Source: Aeropyrum pernix K1
Lineage (GTDB): Archaea; Thermoproteota; Thermoprotei_A; Sulfolobales; Acidilobaceae
Direction of reading: 5' to 3'
DNA: 32,000 nucleotides
NCBI RefSeq assembly: GCF_000011125.1
Contig: NC_000854.2
Span: forward strand, 570,001-602,000
Positions within the stretch are counted from its first letter, which is position 1; the number at the start of each line of letters is the position of its first letter. The notes under the pieces were generated by a model. The model saw nothing but the letters and a program-made list of their open reading frames with translations. It was not told the origin of the DNA and made no database searches. Shown one piece after another: positions 1 to 8,240 of this stretch. Both the position numbers and the translations under genes were made by a program.

Positions 1-376
1 TCAAAATCATATGAGCATACTCATAGAGATCCTCATCATCGCTGAGCTTTTTAGAAAGGGACGCATGTCTTCGACTTTTTCTGTCATAGAAATGTGACAA
101 ACCTTCATGCCTAAGATATCCGTAAACGATACCTAGGTATTTTTCTCCATTAGCTGGAAGTTCTTTTATATCTGTTATTATGGGGATTTTTTCTGGCGAG
201 AAGGGATTGTTATTGGAGTTCAGCGGATACGAGGTGGATTGGGCGTACTTCACCACATCTGTAATAAATTGATAGTTCAGCTTGATAACTTTTTTATCTT
301 CAGTGTAGGCTTCAGCGATAACTCCATAAGCATAAATGTTCCTTTTGTATTCGTGGGAGGCCAAGTGAATCACCAT
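1..376 (-). CDS. Hypothetical protein, N-terminal part (gene runs off the left edge)
   Basis: My own translation of the minus strand runs from ATG 376-374 with no stop before position 1 (MVIHLASHEYKRNIYAYGVIAEAYTEDKKVIKLNYQF...). It is absent from the supplied track, presumably because it is truncated. The sequence is AT-rich and I recognise no motif. Confidence 0.4.
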   Translation of the reverse strand, partial: MVIHLASHEYKRNIYAYGVIAEAYTEDKKVIKLNYQFITDVVKYAQSTSYPLNSNNNPFSPEKIPIITDIKELPANGEKYLGIVYGYLRHEGLSHFYDRKSRRHASLSKKLSDDEDLYEYAHMIL

Positions 377-781
377 GGAACATTCGAACCTCGTGCTACA
401 ATTTAAGTGTTAGAGAATAATCAGCGACAGATTAGGTCGATATTTCTCTAACACGTATCATAAGCCCTAGAATTCAGTAATATTTCAAAGAGGACGCTGT
501 ATTACCAGCTATGGCTTAGCTTTTGTATTAACTTTATGATAAGATAAACATGAGCGCTTAAATGCCGCACAGCTAGACAGCCGTCTTAACTTTGTATGAA
601 GCTATAAATCAGACTTACCATGACAAAGGCTGGCCGCTCTGTAAGGACCTCTGTCCCCTTTAAGCTTTCTTTAATTAACTGAAAAATGATTGCCAGACTT
701 GGCGGCTTGAGCGGGTAAACCTTTTGATAATAAAAACGCTTTAAGATGTGTTATTTTCCTCTTTAATACCTACAGAAATGC

Positions 782-823
782 TTTATAAGTATTTGTGTCT
801 TAGAAGTGTATATTGAGTGTATA
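782..823 (+). promoter_or_regulatory. Putative promoter/operator of the RHH-methyltransferase operon
   Basis: TATA-like TTTATAA at 782-788. Direct repeat AGTGTATA at 805-812 and 816-823 (11-bp period) overlaps the predicted transcription start and the GTG at 817. Confidence 0.35.
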
Positions 824-1044
824 CGGAGAGTTGGTGGATACACATGAGAGAGCGGGGAAGAGCCAAAACTAAAAGAGTTCAGGTTACATTTACACAGGAA
901 CAGTGGGAGCTGATAGAAAGATTTAGAGGCGTTATGGGCAACGATGATGCTGAGATAGTAAGGAACATAGTGCTGTCTTGGCTGGCTGAGAAGTCCGTAG
1001 TATCCTACAGGATTAAGGAGAAGGGAGGAGGTGCTGAGAGTTGA
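817..1044 (+). CDS. Ribbon-helix-helix (CopG/Arc/MetJ-like) DNA-binding protein, candidate controller of the RM cassette
   Basis: KRVQVTFTQEQWELIERFRGVMGNDDAEIVRNIVLSWL fits the strand-helix-helix pattern. The stop TGA 1042-1044 overlaps the TTG start (1041) of the methyltransferase. An alternative ATG start lies at 844. Confidence 0.65.
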   Translation: MYTESWWIHMRERGRAKTKRVQVTFTQEQWELIERFRGVMGNDDAEIVRNIVLSWLAEKSVVSYRIKEKGGGAES

Positions 1045-2450
1045 GCCGATACAGCACCATTTCGCTGTTCTCTGGTGCTGGCGGGCTGGATTTAGGGTTT
1101 GTGCAGAGCGGCAGGTTTAGGATTGTCTTCGCCAACGAGATACTTCTACCAGCGGCTGTTACTTATTCCAGAAACCTAGGGCTTAGGCTGGAAGTCTGCG
1201 GGGATGAGCCTCGTGTAGAGGCGCAGCCTGGAACTATCATGGCGTGTGATGTTGCTAAGCTGGATTTCACGGGTTTATCGGGTGTTGATGCCGATGTAAT
1301 CATTGGAGGCCCGCCGTGTCAGGACTTCTCTATAGTCAGGGGGCCTGACTGGGACAGGAGGGGCATAAATGTAAAAAGGGGCAGGCTTTATGCGCACTTT
1401 GTCAGAGCTCTGGCCTCTCTGCAGCCTAAGGCGTTTGTCTTTGAGAATGTTCCAGGCCTGGTTAGTGCGAACCGGGGCTTAGCTTATAAGGTGATTCTTG
1501 AGGACTTTGCAAGGCTGAGCATTAGGTGGGATGAAATAAAGAGGATTGTGTCAAGCAATGGGAACGGCGGAAAAGTGGAGGGCTACGAGATAGTCTTTAC
1601 CGGAATCGTGGATTTCTCAAAACTGGGTGTTCCCCAGAAGCGTGAGAGGCTTGTAATAATAGGTTTGAGGAAGGACCTGGCCGGAGGAGGCTTTGAGACC
1701 ATCTCCAGACTTAGGGCGCGCATCGATCATGTCCTCAGCGGCAAGAGGTGGCTGCTCCACAGGTATCCGCTGACCCCTATTGAAGTCTTCGAGGGTCAGC
1801 CGCTGGACAGACTCGGTGATAAGTATAAGGAGGTTATGCTGAAGTGGGAGGGAGTCTGGGATGAGGTAGGTACTGAAAGAGCTTTTGAGTGGAAAAGAAG
1901 GGTGTGGGACAGGCTTACATTCGATATTATAAGTGACTATCTCAGCTTTAACGGTATAAAGCATGCAGACAAGCAGGAGCTGGAGGAGGCGCTGATGCAG
2001 CATGAGGTTCTTCTTAAGGAGCTCGGATACTACGGCAGGCCCGTATACAGCCTTAAGCTACCTGATTCCACCACGGAGCCGCCTTATGAAGGTAAAGCGG
2101 TTGTGGAGAGAATGAAGAGGATACCGCCCGACGAGAACCACGAGTTTGTACGCGGCACCCGCTGGGAGGTAGAGGGAAGGGGGATAAGCCTTGTCTACAG
2201 AAGGATCCACCCACTCAAACCCTCATATACTGTAGTGGCGTACGGTGGGGGAGGAACCCACGGCTACCATTATGACCGCGACAGGGCGACACTGACTCTG
2301 AGGGAGAGAGCTAGGCTCCAAACGTTCCCTGACAGCTTTCTATTCTACGGGAAAAAGCCTGAGATCAGGGCTCAGATAGGCGAGGCTGTTCCTCCGCTTG
2401 CAGCCAAGAGAATAGCTGAAGCGCTAGCTGAGGTCCTTGATGCTGTTTAG
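1041..2450 (+). CDS. DNA (cytosine-5)-methyltransferase
   Basis: The canonical C5-MTase motifs occur in order: I SLFSGAGGLDLGF, IV GGPPCQDFS, VI ENVPGL, VIII QKRERLVIIG, IX RERARLQTFPDSFLF, X GEAVPPLAA. About 210 aa lie between motifs VIII and IX, including a roughly 140-aa helical insertion. Confidence 0.95.
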   Translation: MSRYSTISLFSGAGGLDLGFVQSGRFRIVFANEILLPAAVTYSRNLGLRLEVCGDEPRVEAQPGTIMACDVAKLDFTGLSGVDADVIIGGPPCQDFSIVRGPDWDRRGINVKRGRLYAHFVRALASLQPKAFVFENVPGLVSANRGLAYKVILEDFARLSIRWDEIKRIVSSNGNGGKVEGYEIVFTGIVDFSKLGVPQKRERLVIIGLRKDLAGGGFETISRLRARIDHVLSGKRWLLHRYPLTPIEVFEGQPLDRLGDKYKEVMLKWEGVWDEVGTERAFEWKRRVWDRLTFDIISDYLSFNGIKHADKQELEEALMQHEVLLKELGYYGRPVYSLKLPDSTTEPPYEGKAVVERMKRIPPDENHEFVRGTRWEVEGRGISLVYRRIHPLKPSYTVVAYGGGGTHGYHYDRDRATLTLRERARLQTFPDSFLFYGKKPEIRAQIGEAVPPLAAKRIAEALAEVLDAV

Positions 2451-2451
2451 A

Positions 2452-3504
2452 TCAAAGCTGGCTGATTATCCTCTCCCACTCTTCTCTTTTGCGTCTGAGA
2501 GCGCCCGAGCTTACCAGGAAATGAAGGGTCTTAGTGAATTCACCTATACCCTCGAACTCTATCTTTACGTCTCTGCGGCTCGGAATGACGCCGAGTCTCT
2601 GCAGGTGCTCGACAACAGTATTTTTGTACACGTCTTCTTTAGGATTCCAATAGCCGATAAACTTGTTTATAACGAATTTTTTCCGCTTCATTACTCCTTC
2701 AGCTAAGAATATCGCCGTTCGGCGCCCTATAGCGGAGCCGTATTCCCTTTTATCGAAAAACCCGGCTATGTAAGCTGGTATTCCCGTGAAGTCTGGTATT
2801 AGGTCCCAAATGCTCTCGGCTTCTCCTTCTGTTATAACGCCCAGCTCCAGGGCTCTGCTAAGCATTTTGTCTCGGATCGCGCTTATCCTCTTCAGGAAGG
2901 CTAGAAAGTGCATCCTGGTGACTCCTACCCTCACAAGAACGAAGACGTCGCTGTGATCAACTTGCCTGTAGGGCACGTCAAGCCATATGCCTCTAAGCTT
3001 TGTCGTTTTTATGCTAACCTTGAGGTTGGGAGGCCTTCTTACCCCATCTTTTTCTACTTCCTTTATGTCAGATGGGAGAAATTCCTCGAGCGGCCCTTTC
3101 CTGTAGTCAAGCATGGCTTTGATGCCGTACTCTCTCTCCAGCCATTTTACGAATGCCAGCTCTCCTAGAAACCCCCTGATGGTGTCGGTCCACAGTTGTC
3201 CCAGATCTCTCTGCCTCGACATGCCGTAGTCCGTTCCGGCTAGTCGAGGAGCTAAGTCTAGAGCATGCACGGCGGCCTCTAGGTAGTCATTCTCATCGAG
3301 AACTACTGTGCTCCATCTCAGCCAGTCGATCCACTCATCTAAACTGGAGAACGCTTCTATATCGCGGCCCCGGAGGGCGCCCTCGCAGAGCGTATCGACA
3401 TGTCTGGTTCTCCGTTTTATATCCTCATACAGAAGATATTCTCGGGGGAGCTTTCCACTATTTACTGCTCTCACTATGGCGCTTGTGCAGGTTTGCTGGT
3501 TCAA
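2452..3504 (-). CDS. Putative type II restriction endonuclease (PD-(D/E)xK-like)
   Basis: Convergent with the MTase, one nucleotide from its stop. A candidate catalytic pattern is GELAF ... PSDIKEV ... KVSIKTTK (E / D / S-x-K). No other family motif is recognised. The call rests mainly on genomic context. Confidence 0.55.
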   Translation of the reverse strand: MNQQTCTSAIVRAVNSGKLPREYLLYEDIKRRTRHVDTLCEGALRGRDIEAFSSLDEWIDWLRWSTVVLDENDYLEAAVHALDLAPRLAGTDYGMSRQRDLGQLWTDTIRGFLGELAFVKWLEREYGIKAMLDYRKGPLEEFLPSDIKEVEKDGVRRPPNLKVSIKTTKLRGIWLDVPYRQVDHSDVFVLVRVGVTRMHFLAFLKRISAIRDKMLSRALELGVITEGEAESIWDLIPDFTGIPAYIAGFFDKREYGSAIGRRTAIFLAEGVMKRKKFVINKFIGYWNPKEDVYKNTVVEHLQRLGVIPSRRDVKIEFEGIGEFTKTLHFLVSSGALRRKREEWERIISQL

Positions 3505-3588
3505 GCTCCAGCACCTTACAGCCGCCGCACATTTTATCCACTTTTAACAGATGTTTTTAACAGGTTTAGGCTTAGCTGGTGTCCAGCT
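3505..3588. promoter_or_regulatory. Divergent promoter region between the endonuclease and glycosylase genes
   Basis: An 84-bp AT-rich spacer. ATTTTAT (3531-3537) lies about 27 nt upstream of the minus-strand ATG at 3504. A direct repeat TTTTAACAG at 3542-3550 and 3555-3563 lies about 30 nt upstream of the GTG at 3589. Confidence 0.35.
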
Positions 3589-4260
3589 GTGCTCTTTCTG
3601 GATAAAGGCAGAATCGAGGCTCTCAGGAGGAGATTGATAGAGTGGTATCGCGTGTACGGGGATAAAGATCTGCCCTGGAGGAACACTGCTGACCCCTGGG
3701 CCATTCTGGTTGCGGCGTTCCTGCTTAGAAAAACTACAGCTAGGCAGGTTGTAAGAGTGTATGAAGAATTCCTCAGGAGGTACCCCAATCCAAAGGCGCT
3801 GGCGAGTGCCAGGGAGGATGAGGTTAGAGAGCTCATCCGCCCGCTGGGCATAGAGCACCAGCGCGCCAAGCACCTGATTGAACTTGCAAAGCATATAGAA
3901 GCAAGATATGGCGGTAGGATTCCGTGCTCGAAGGAGAAGCTGAAGGAGTTGCCGGGGGTAGGGGACTACATAGCCTCAGAAGTCCTCCTAGCAGCCTGCG
4001 GCTCCCCCGAGCCGCTCCTGGACAGGAACATGATAAGGATCCTAGAGCGAGTGCTTGGTGTGAAATCCGCTAAGAAGAGGCCTCACACAGACCCCAAAAT
4101 GTGGTCTACGGCCAGGAGGATAGTGCCGAAAGACCCGGATATGGCGAAGGAGTTCAACTACGGGATGCTGGACCTGGCAAGGAAAATATGCACCGCTAGA
4201 AAGCCTCTGTGCACCGAATGCCCGTTAAATGATATTTGTATATACTACAACAATGATTAA
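3589..4260 (+). CDS. HhH-GPD DNA glycosylase with a 4Fe-4S cluster loop, Mig/MutY-like (probable T/G mismatch glycosylase)
   Basis: LLRKTTARQV, the HhH motif LKELPGVGDYIASEVLL (no catalytic Lys, so monofunctional), the Asp in PLLDRNMIRIL, and a C-terminal C-x6-C-x2-C-x5-C (CTARKPLCTECPLNDIC). The track ORF starts at 3400 but overlaps the endonuclease 5' end. GTG 3589 gives a roughly 223-aa protein, typical for the family. Confidence 0.85.
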   Translation: MLFLDKGRIEALRRRLIEWYRVYGDKDLPWRNTADPWAILVAAFLLRKTTARQVVRVYEEFLRRYPNPKALASAREDEVRELIRPLGIEHQRAKHLIELAKHIEARYGGRIPCSKEKLKELPGVGDYIASEVLLAACGSPEPLLDRNMIRILERVLGVKSAKKRPHTDPKMWSTARRIVPKDPDMAKEFNYGMLDLARKICTARKPLCTECPLNDICIYYNND

Positions 4261-4306
4261 GCTATATTAGGACTGGCTGACCTCCCATATCGAATGGTGT
4301 CGAGAC

Positions 4307-4792
4307 GTGTCGAAAACGCTCGAAAGCCCTTGGATGCTTTACCGGAGGAAGGGCTCATATGGGCCTGACGTGGAAGTTGTTCTCATGATGCCTATCTCGG
4401 TTGCCATCGAGGACAAGCTGTCGCTGGAGGTAGCCTTAAGAGAGTTCGGGCAAGTCTTAAACTACTATATGACTGGTCCTTATGATGCGGTGTTCATACG
4501 CATCAACGATGTTGCCAGCGTGGATGACAGGAGACTAGCTATTCTGGAGCGTATGGCCAGTCAGCATGGTATAGGGGTTCTTGTGGGTGGACCTCCTTAT
4601 TCTGCCTTCACCGAGAGCGATGTTTTGAAGCTTCCTGCCGTTATCAGCATGAAAGGCAACCCGCTTAGAGTTTACAGGAGGGGGAGGCCGATGAGCCCGG
4701 TAATAAGGAGGGCTGGCGATTTCGAGCAGCTCATCGAATCTGCGTCTAGGTACAGAAGCTTCTTTAGGGCAGAGTCTGCTGTTGGGAGGTGA
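4307..4792 (+). CDS. Hypothetical protein (gene 1 of the three-gene operon)
   Basis: 161-aa ORF 46 nt downstream of the glycosylase gene. Its stop is embedded in the start of the next gene (GGAGGTGATG). No motif is recognised. An alternative ATG start lies at 4334. Confidence 0.55.
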   Translation: MSKTLESPWMLYRRKGSYGPDVEVVLMMPISVAIEDKLSLEVALREFGQVLNYYMTGPYDAVFIRINDVASVDDRRLAILERMASQHGIGVLVGGPPYSAFTESDVLKLPAVISMKGNPLRVYRRGRPMSPVIRRAGDFEQLIESASRYRSFFRAESAVGR

Positions 4793-6231
4793 TGCTGTTG
4801 AGGAGAGGGAGGGAGAGAAGGAGGATACCTGAACATGTTGTAACCGACCCCTTTATAGATGTGGCTTTTGTTTATTCTCTGATTAAAGATAGTGAGAGGT
4901 TAGATGTCATAAAAAGGCAGGCTCAGGTGTATGTTGATATAGGTAGTAAAGGTGTAGAGACCGCAACCTTCAAAAAGTACAAAGAGGAGGCCGCCTCTTT
5001 TATAATAGAGGCTTTCGGCGCGGTTTATAAAAACGTTGATAAGGAGCTTGAGAGGAAGTTCGCAGGATATGATGATAAAACTGTTGCTCAAGTAAAAGCT
5101 GAGAGGGCTTGGACCAGCCTTATAGCGTTGCTTGCCTCAGCTATGCTTATGAAAAGAGCAGGAGTGGGAATTGGCTACTTTATCCCCTCGCAGTATGCTG
5201 ATATTTCGAGGCTGGAGCCTATATTAAAAGTTCTAATTTATGAAAAAGCACGCTCGCGGGGAAGAGCTGCATCCCGGGTTCTTGAAGCTGCACTGAAGGA
5301 TCTTGGGGTCGATAGAAAATTAGAGGAGCTGGCCGAGATAGCGCCCACCCTCTGGTGGGTTAATCTGATAATGGAAAGCGAGATTATTGAGGGCCTGCTG
5401 AAGTTCCACTATCTAACATACGTTTTTAGAGATAGGATAAACGCGTTCGTCGCTGAGGTAGAAGATACTCTCTCAACTATTGAAGAGCACCAGGCTGATT
5501 ATGATTACGGAGAAATCGAAGTGCTTAAGGGACTGCTCAGCAGATGTGTAGAGCTGAGGGGCCAATACATCAATAAGTTGCAAAATGCTCTCCTCTTCAT
5601 TAAAAGCCTGAGGCCCAGCGTGTTAAAAATAGCAAAGCCCGAGCAGTGGGAATGGTTCATCAAGGATGAAACATTGACATATGCAACTATGGTATATCTT
5701 GCAGAAACCCAAAGGCTCAGCGGAGCAGGCAGGATATCCCTCAGCATAACGCGCTTGCTAGAGCCGAAGAAAGGAGTTTATGCAGGAGTAGCTTCTGCCC
5801 TCGCAAGTCTGCTTGCTCTCTCACCCGTGTTTATGCAGTACAATATAGAGGCGCGGGGAAAAGCCGTCATAACGCCAGCGGATATAGTTGTAGCTGTGCT
5901 GAGGCTCATCGGCAGGCACGGCAGGGCAAGAGACTTCACAGTCGGTGTGGAGGATGCAGTAGCAGAGATTATTCAGTTTTGGAGAGAAGCGGATATTCTG
6001 CGCAGGGTTAGCATCTATGCCGAAGAAGATGCTACGCAGGACATGCAACACATCCTCGACTCGTTTAATGCATCTATGGCTCTGCTCCTCAGCACTGGCA
6101 TAGACGGCGTTCACCCAGTTACGTCGAAGAGGGTGTTGCTTAAGCTTCCCCCTAGAATGATTGCCTATGACTCCCTCTTTGTACGTCCTAATGCGTTTTT
6201 TGAAATGGTTAGAAAGGTTTGGGGTGGATAG
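4789..6231 (+). CDS. Hypothetical, mostly alpha-helical protein (gene 2 of the three-gene operon)
   Basis: 480-aa ORF. GTG 4789 or ATG 4792 overlaps the upstream stop and is preceded by a GGGAGGTGA Shine-Dalgarno-like sequence. No motif is recognised. Confidence 0.65.
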   Translation: MMLLRRGRERRRIPEHVVTDPFIDVAFVYSLIKDSERLDVIKRQAQVYVDIGSKGVETATFKKYKEEAASFIIEAFGAVYKNVDKELERKFAGYDDKTVAQVKAERAWTSLIALLASAMLMKRAGVGIGYFIPSQYADISRLEPILKVLIYEKARSRGRAASRVLEAALKDLGVDRKLEELAEIAPTLWWVNLIMESEIIEGLLKFHYLTYVFRDRINAFVAEVEDTLSTIEEHQADYDYGEIEVLKGLLSRCVELRGQYINKLQNALLFIKSLRPSVLKIAKPEQWEWFIKDETLTYATMVYLAETQRLSGAGRISLSITRLLEPKKGVYAGVASALASLLALSPVFMQYNIEARGKAVITPADIVVAVLRLIGRHGRARDFTVGVEDAVAEIIQFWREADILRRVSIYAEEDATQDMQHILDSFNASMALLLSTGIDGVHPVTSKRVLLKLPPRMIAYDSLFVRPNAFFEMVRKVWGG

Positions 6232-7838
6232 GCGTGGAGAGAGAGGTGTGTGTTAATCAGCTACTTAAATTTTTGGACAGCATAAGGGGAAGACTGTCTT
6301 TTAGAATGGTTGAGCGTCTTTTTTCGCGCGGGCTGGATGAGAACCCTATATTTGAGGCCATAAGCAAGTCGGGGGCTTTGGCCAAAAACGTGATTATAAT
6401 ATTGGGCGGAAGGGGATGCGGCAAGACGCTAGTCATGAGATACATAAAGCACTACTTCGAGCCTGAGGGCTGGGATTACAAGTACTTCAGCGGAGATCAG
6501 TTTAAAGAGGCTGATGCCCAAGAGCTTATGAAGATAATATCGGAAACAAGGGATTTGCTCGAGAACAGCGAGGATTATAAGGTGATTGTCGGCATTGATG
6601 ATGTTGTGGAGGCAAGCGAAGCTATAAGAGATACAATTAAAAACCAGCTGGTGCCTTTGGTTGTGGATTATGCAGGGAGAATTAAACTCGTCATCTCAGG
6701 ACAGAGCGAGCGCGTTGTTGGGACAACAACAGTGCTCCATATATTAGAAGACACTTTGGGACGCAGTCCGAAGGCTGAAATGCTCTTCGGGGAGTACCCT
6801 GGAGAAGTACTGCGCAAGCAATTTAGAGAGAGCTACGTGAGAAAAGATCCTATAAAGCTCTTCAGAGGAGCCGCTATGATAAATCTCGATGCGTACTGGT
6901 CTAGATTCCGCTCTCTAGATATGGCTGAAGAGCTAGCTGATGTTATAGTAAGGCTGGCTGAATTTTACAAGTACAACAGCGGTGTAGGGGAGTGTGGGGA
7001 GGTCTCTGAAGAGTTATTAAAGTACAAGCGCGGGCTTGCCTTGATAGCCCTGGCAAGCCTGCCTAAAACTCTTTATCCGTACGACAAGATAGTAATAGAA
7101 TATATAAGCCCGGAGCCGGATACGCCTTCCCCCGCTCTGAACGGTCTGGGCATCTCTGACCTTATCTACAAATTCATATCTGGGGAGCTGAGAGGGCTGA
7201 GTGAGGTGGCAGAGAGGCTTTACAGCCGCTTATCACAGCAACGAGTTGCAGCTGATGTCGATGATATAAAAGAGGCTATAATGGAGTCGGCCAGCGAGCT
7301 GACCTACGCCAGCGTTGTAAGAGGTGCTCTGCCTGAGGCTTTAGGGATAGAAGTGCCTGAGGCCGAGCAGGGCAGAAAGCGCAAGCCCCTTAGACCGCGC
7401 TTAGACTTCATATATATTGACAGGGAGGTAGGCGGGCAACCTTCACGTGTTAACATAATCATACATGTACTTAAGCCCGATGCTAAAGGCTATGTTGTGT
7501 CCAGCTCGCTGTATAAGCTCGCGAGACTCGTCGAGCTGAATATACCCAGCGAGGCTGAAGGGAACTATTTAGCGGTCATAGTCCCGTCGAGGGCTCATAT
7601 GAGGGCGGTGTATAGATATGCAGAGATAAAGCGGATAGGCCGGGATATTCTAGTGGTGCTGGCTGACAGCTTGGGTGAACTAGACAATAGTGTTGTTAAA
7701 ACATTAGCCGATAAAAATGCTTCAGAAGAGGAGCTTAGACTGCTTCGGCATATATTCTTGGGAACTGTGCTCTTCAATCTAAGGGATGACAAGAACGTTC
7801 CTCAGCTCATATACTACCTCGCACCGACAGTTTTTTAG
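6219..7838 (+). CDS. P-loop NTPase, archaeal-ATPase/STAND-like, with a long uncharacterised C-terminal region (gene 3 of the operon)
   Basis: Walker A ILGGRGCGKTL, Walker B YKVIVGIDDVVEA, then KLVISGQSE. The start overlaps the end of gene 2 (TTG 6219; alternative GTG 6234). The C-terminal roughly 350 aa is unassigned. Confidence 0.8.
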   Translation: MGWIGVEREVCVNQLLKFLDSIRGRLSFRMVERLFSRGLDENPIFEAISKSGALAKNVIIILGGRGCGKTLVMRYIKHYFEPEGWDYKYFSGDQFKEADAQELMKIISETRDLLENSEDYKVIVGIDDVVEASEAIRDTIKNQLVPLVVDYAGRIKLVISGQSERVVGTTTVLHILEDTLGRSPKAEMLFGEYPGEVLRKQFRESYVRKDPIKLFRGAAMINLDAYWSRFRSLDMAEELADVIVRLAEFYKYNSGVGECGEVSEELLKYKRGLALIALASLPKTLYPYDKIVIEYISPEPDTPSPALNGLGISDLIYKFISGELRGLSEVAERLYSRLSQQRVAADVDDIKEAIMESASELTYASVVRGALPEALGIEVPEAEQGRKRKPLRPRLDFIYIDREVGGQPSRVNIIIHVLKPDAKGYVVSSSLYKLARLVELNIPSEAEGNYLAVIVPSRAHMRAVYRYAEIKRIGRDILVVLADSLGELDNSVVKTLADKNASEEELRLLRHIFLGTVLFNLRDDKNVPQLIYYLAPTVF

Positions 7839-7906
7839 CTATTCAGAACCCGGCTTACTTCCTTCTTTGAGCACTTCAAATTACAGAGTCCGATGTAGAT
7901 TCCAAG

Positions 7907-8191
7907 CTAGGACCCTAGAACGTCCCGACACTTTTCTAGGCACTCTGCCAGCCTCCGACCCTTCTCTGTGAGCTTTAAGGTCTTAACTCTGTAGCTTAGT
8001 GTTTCTTCTTTTACGAGTCCGGCTCTTATTAGGCGGTCTTTGAGGCCCATGAAGAATGTTTTCTCGCTTACTCCCGAGGCTTTCACTATCTCTGCTAGGC
8101 TTGGCTCGTACCCCTTCTTTTCGAATTCCAGTAGTGTGGGGAGTATTCTTATGAGGTGTCCGAACTGTAGCCGTAGGGTCTCATCGTCCAT
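7907..8191 (-). CDS. Winged-helix transcription regulator
   Basis: 94 aa. LAEIVKASGVSEKTFFMGLKDRLIRAGLVKEE ... LTEKGRRL is typical of a MarR/ArsR-like wHTH. It is divergent from the small-gene block and shares the palindrome-rich promoter region. Confidence 0.65.
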   Translation of the reverse strand: MDDETLRLQFGHLIRILPTLLEFEKKGYEPSLAEIVKASGVSEKTFFMGLKDRLIRAGLVKEETLSYRVKTLKLTEKGRRLAECLEKCRDVLGS

Positions 8192-8240
8192 ATCCTCTCC
8201 CGCCTACTAGTGTGTTTAGTTATTGTTATAGAGCATACCG

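Noticed and set aside
3400-3588. N-terminal 63-aa extension of the glycosylase ORF in the track
   Set aside because: It overlaps the 5' end of the convergently annotated endonuclease gene by 105 nt, runs through the promoter-like AT-rich spacer, and has no family counterpart. GTG 3589 gives a normal-length Mig/MutY-like protein.
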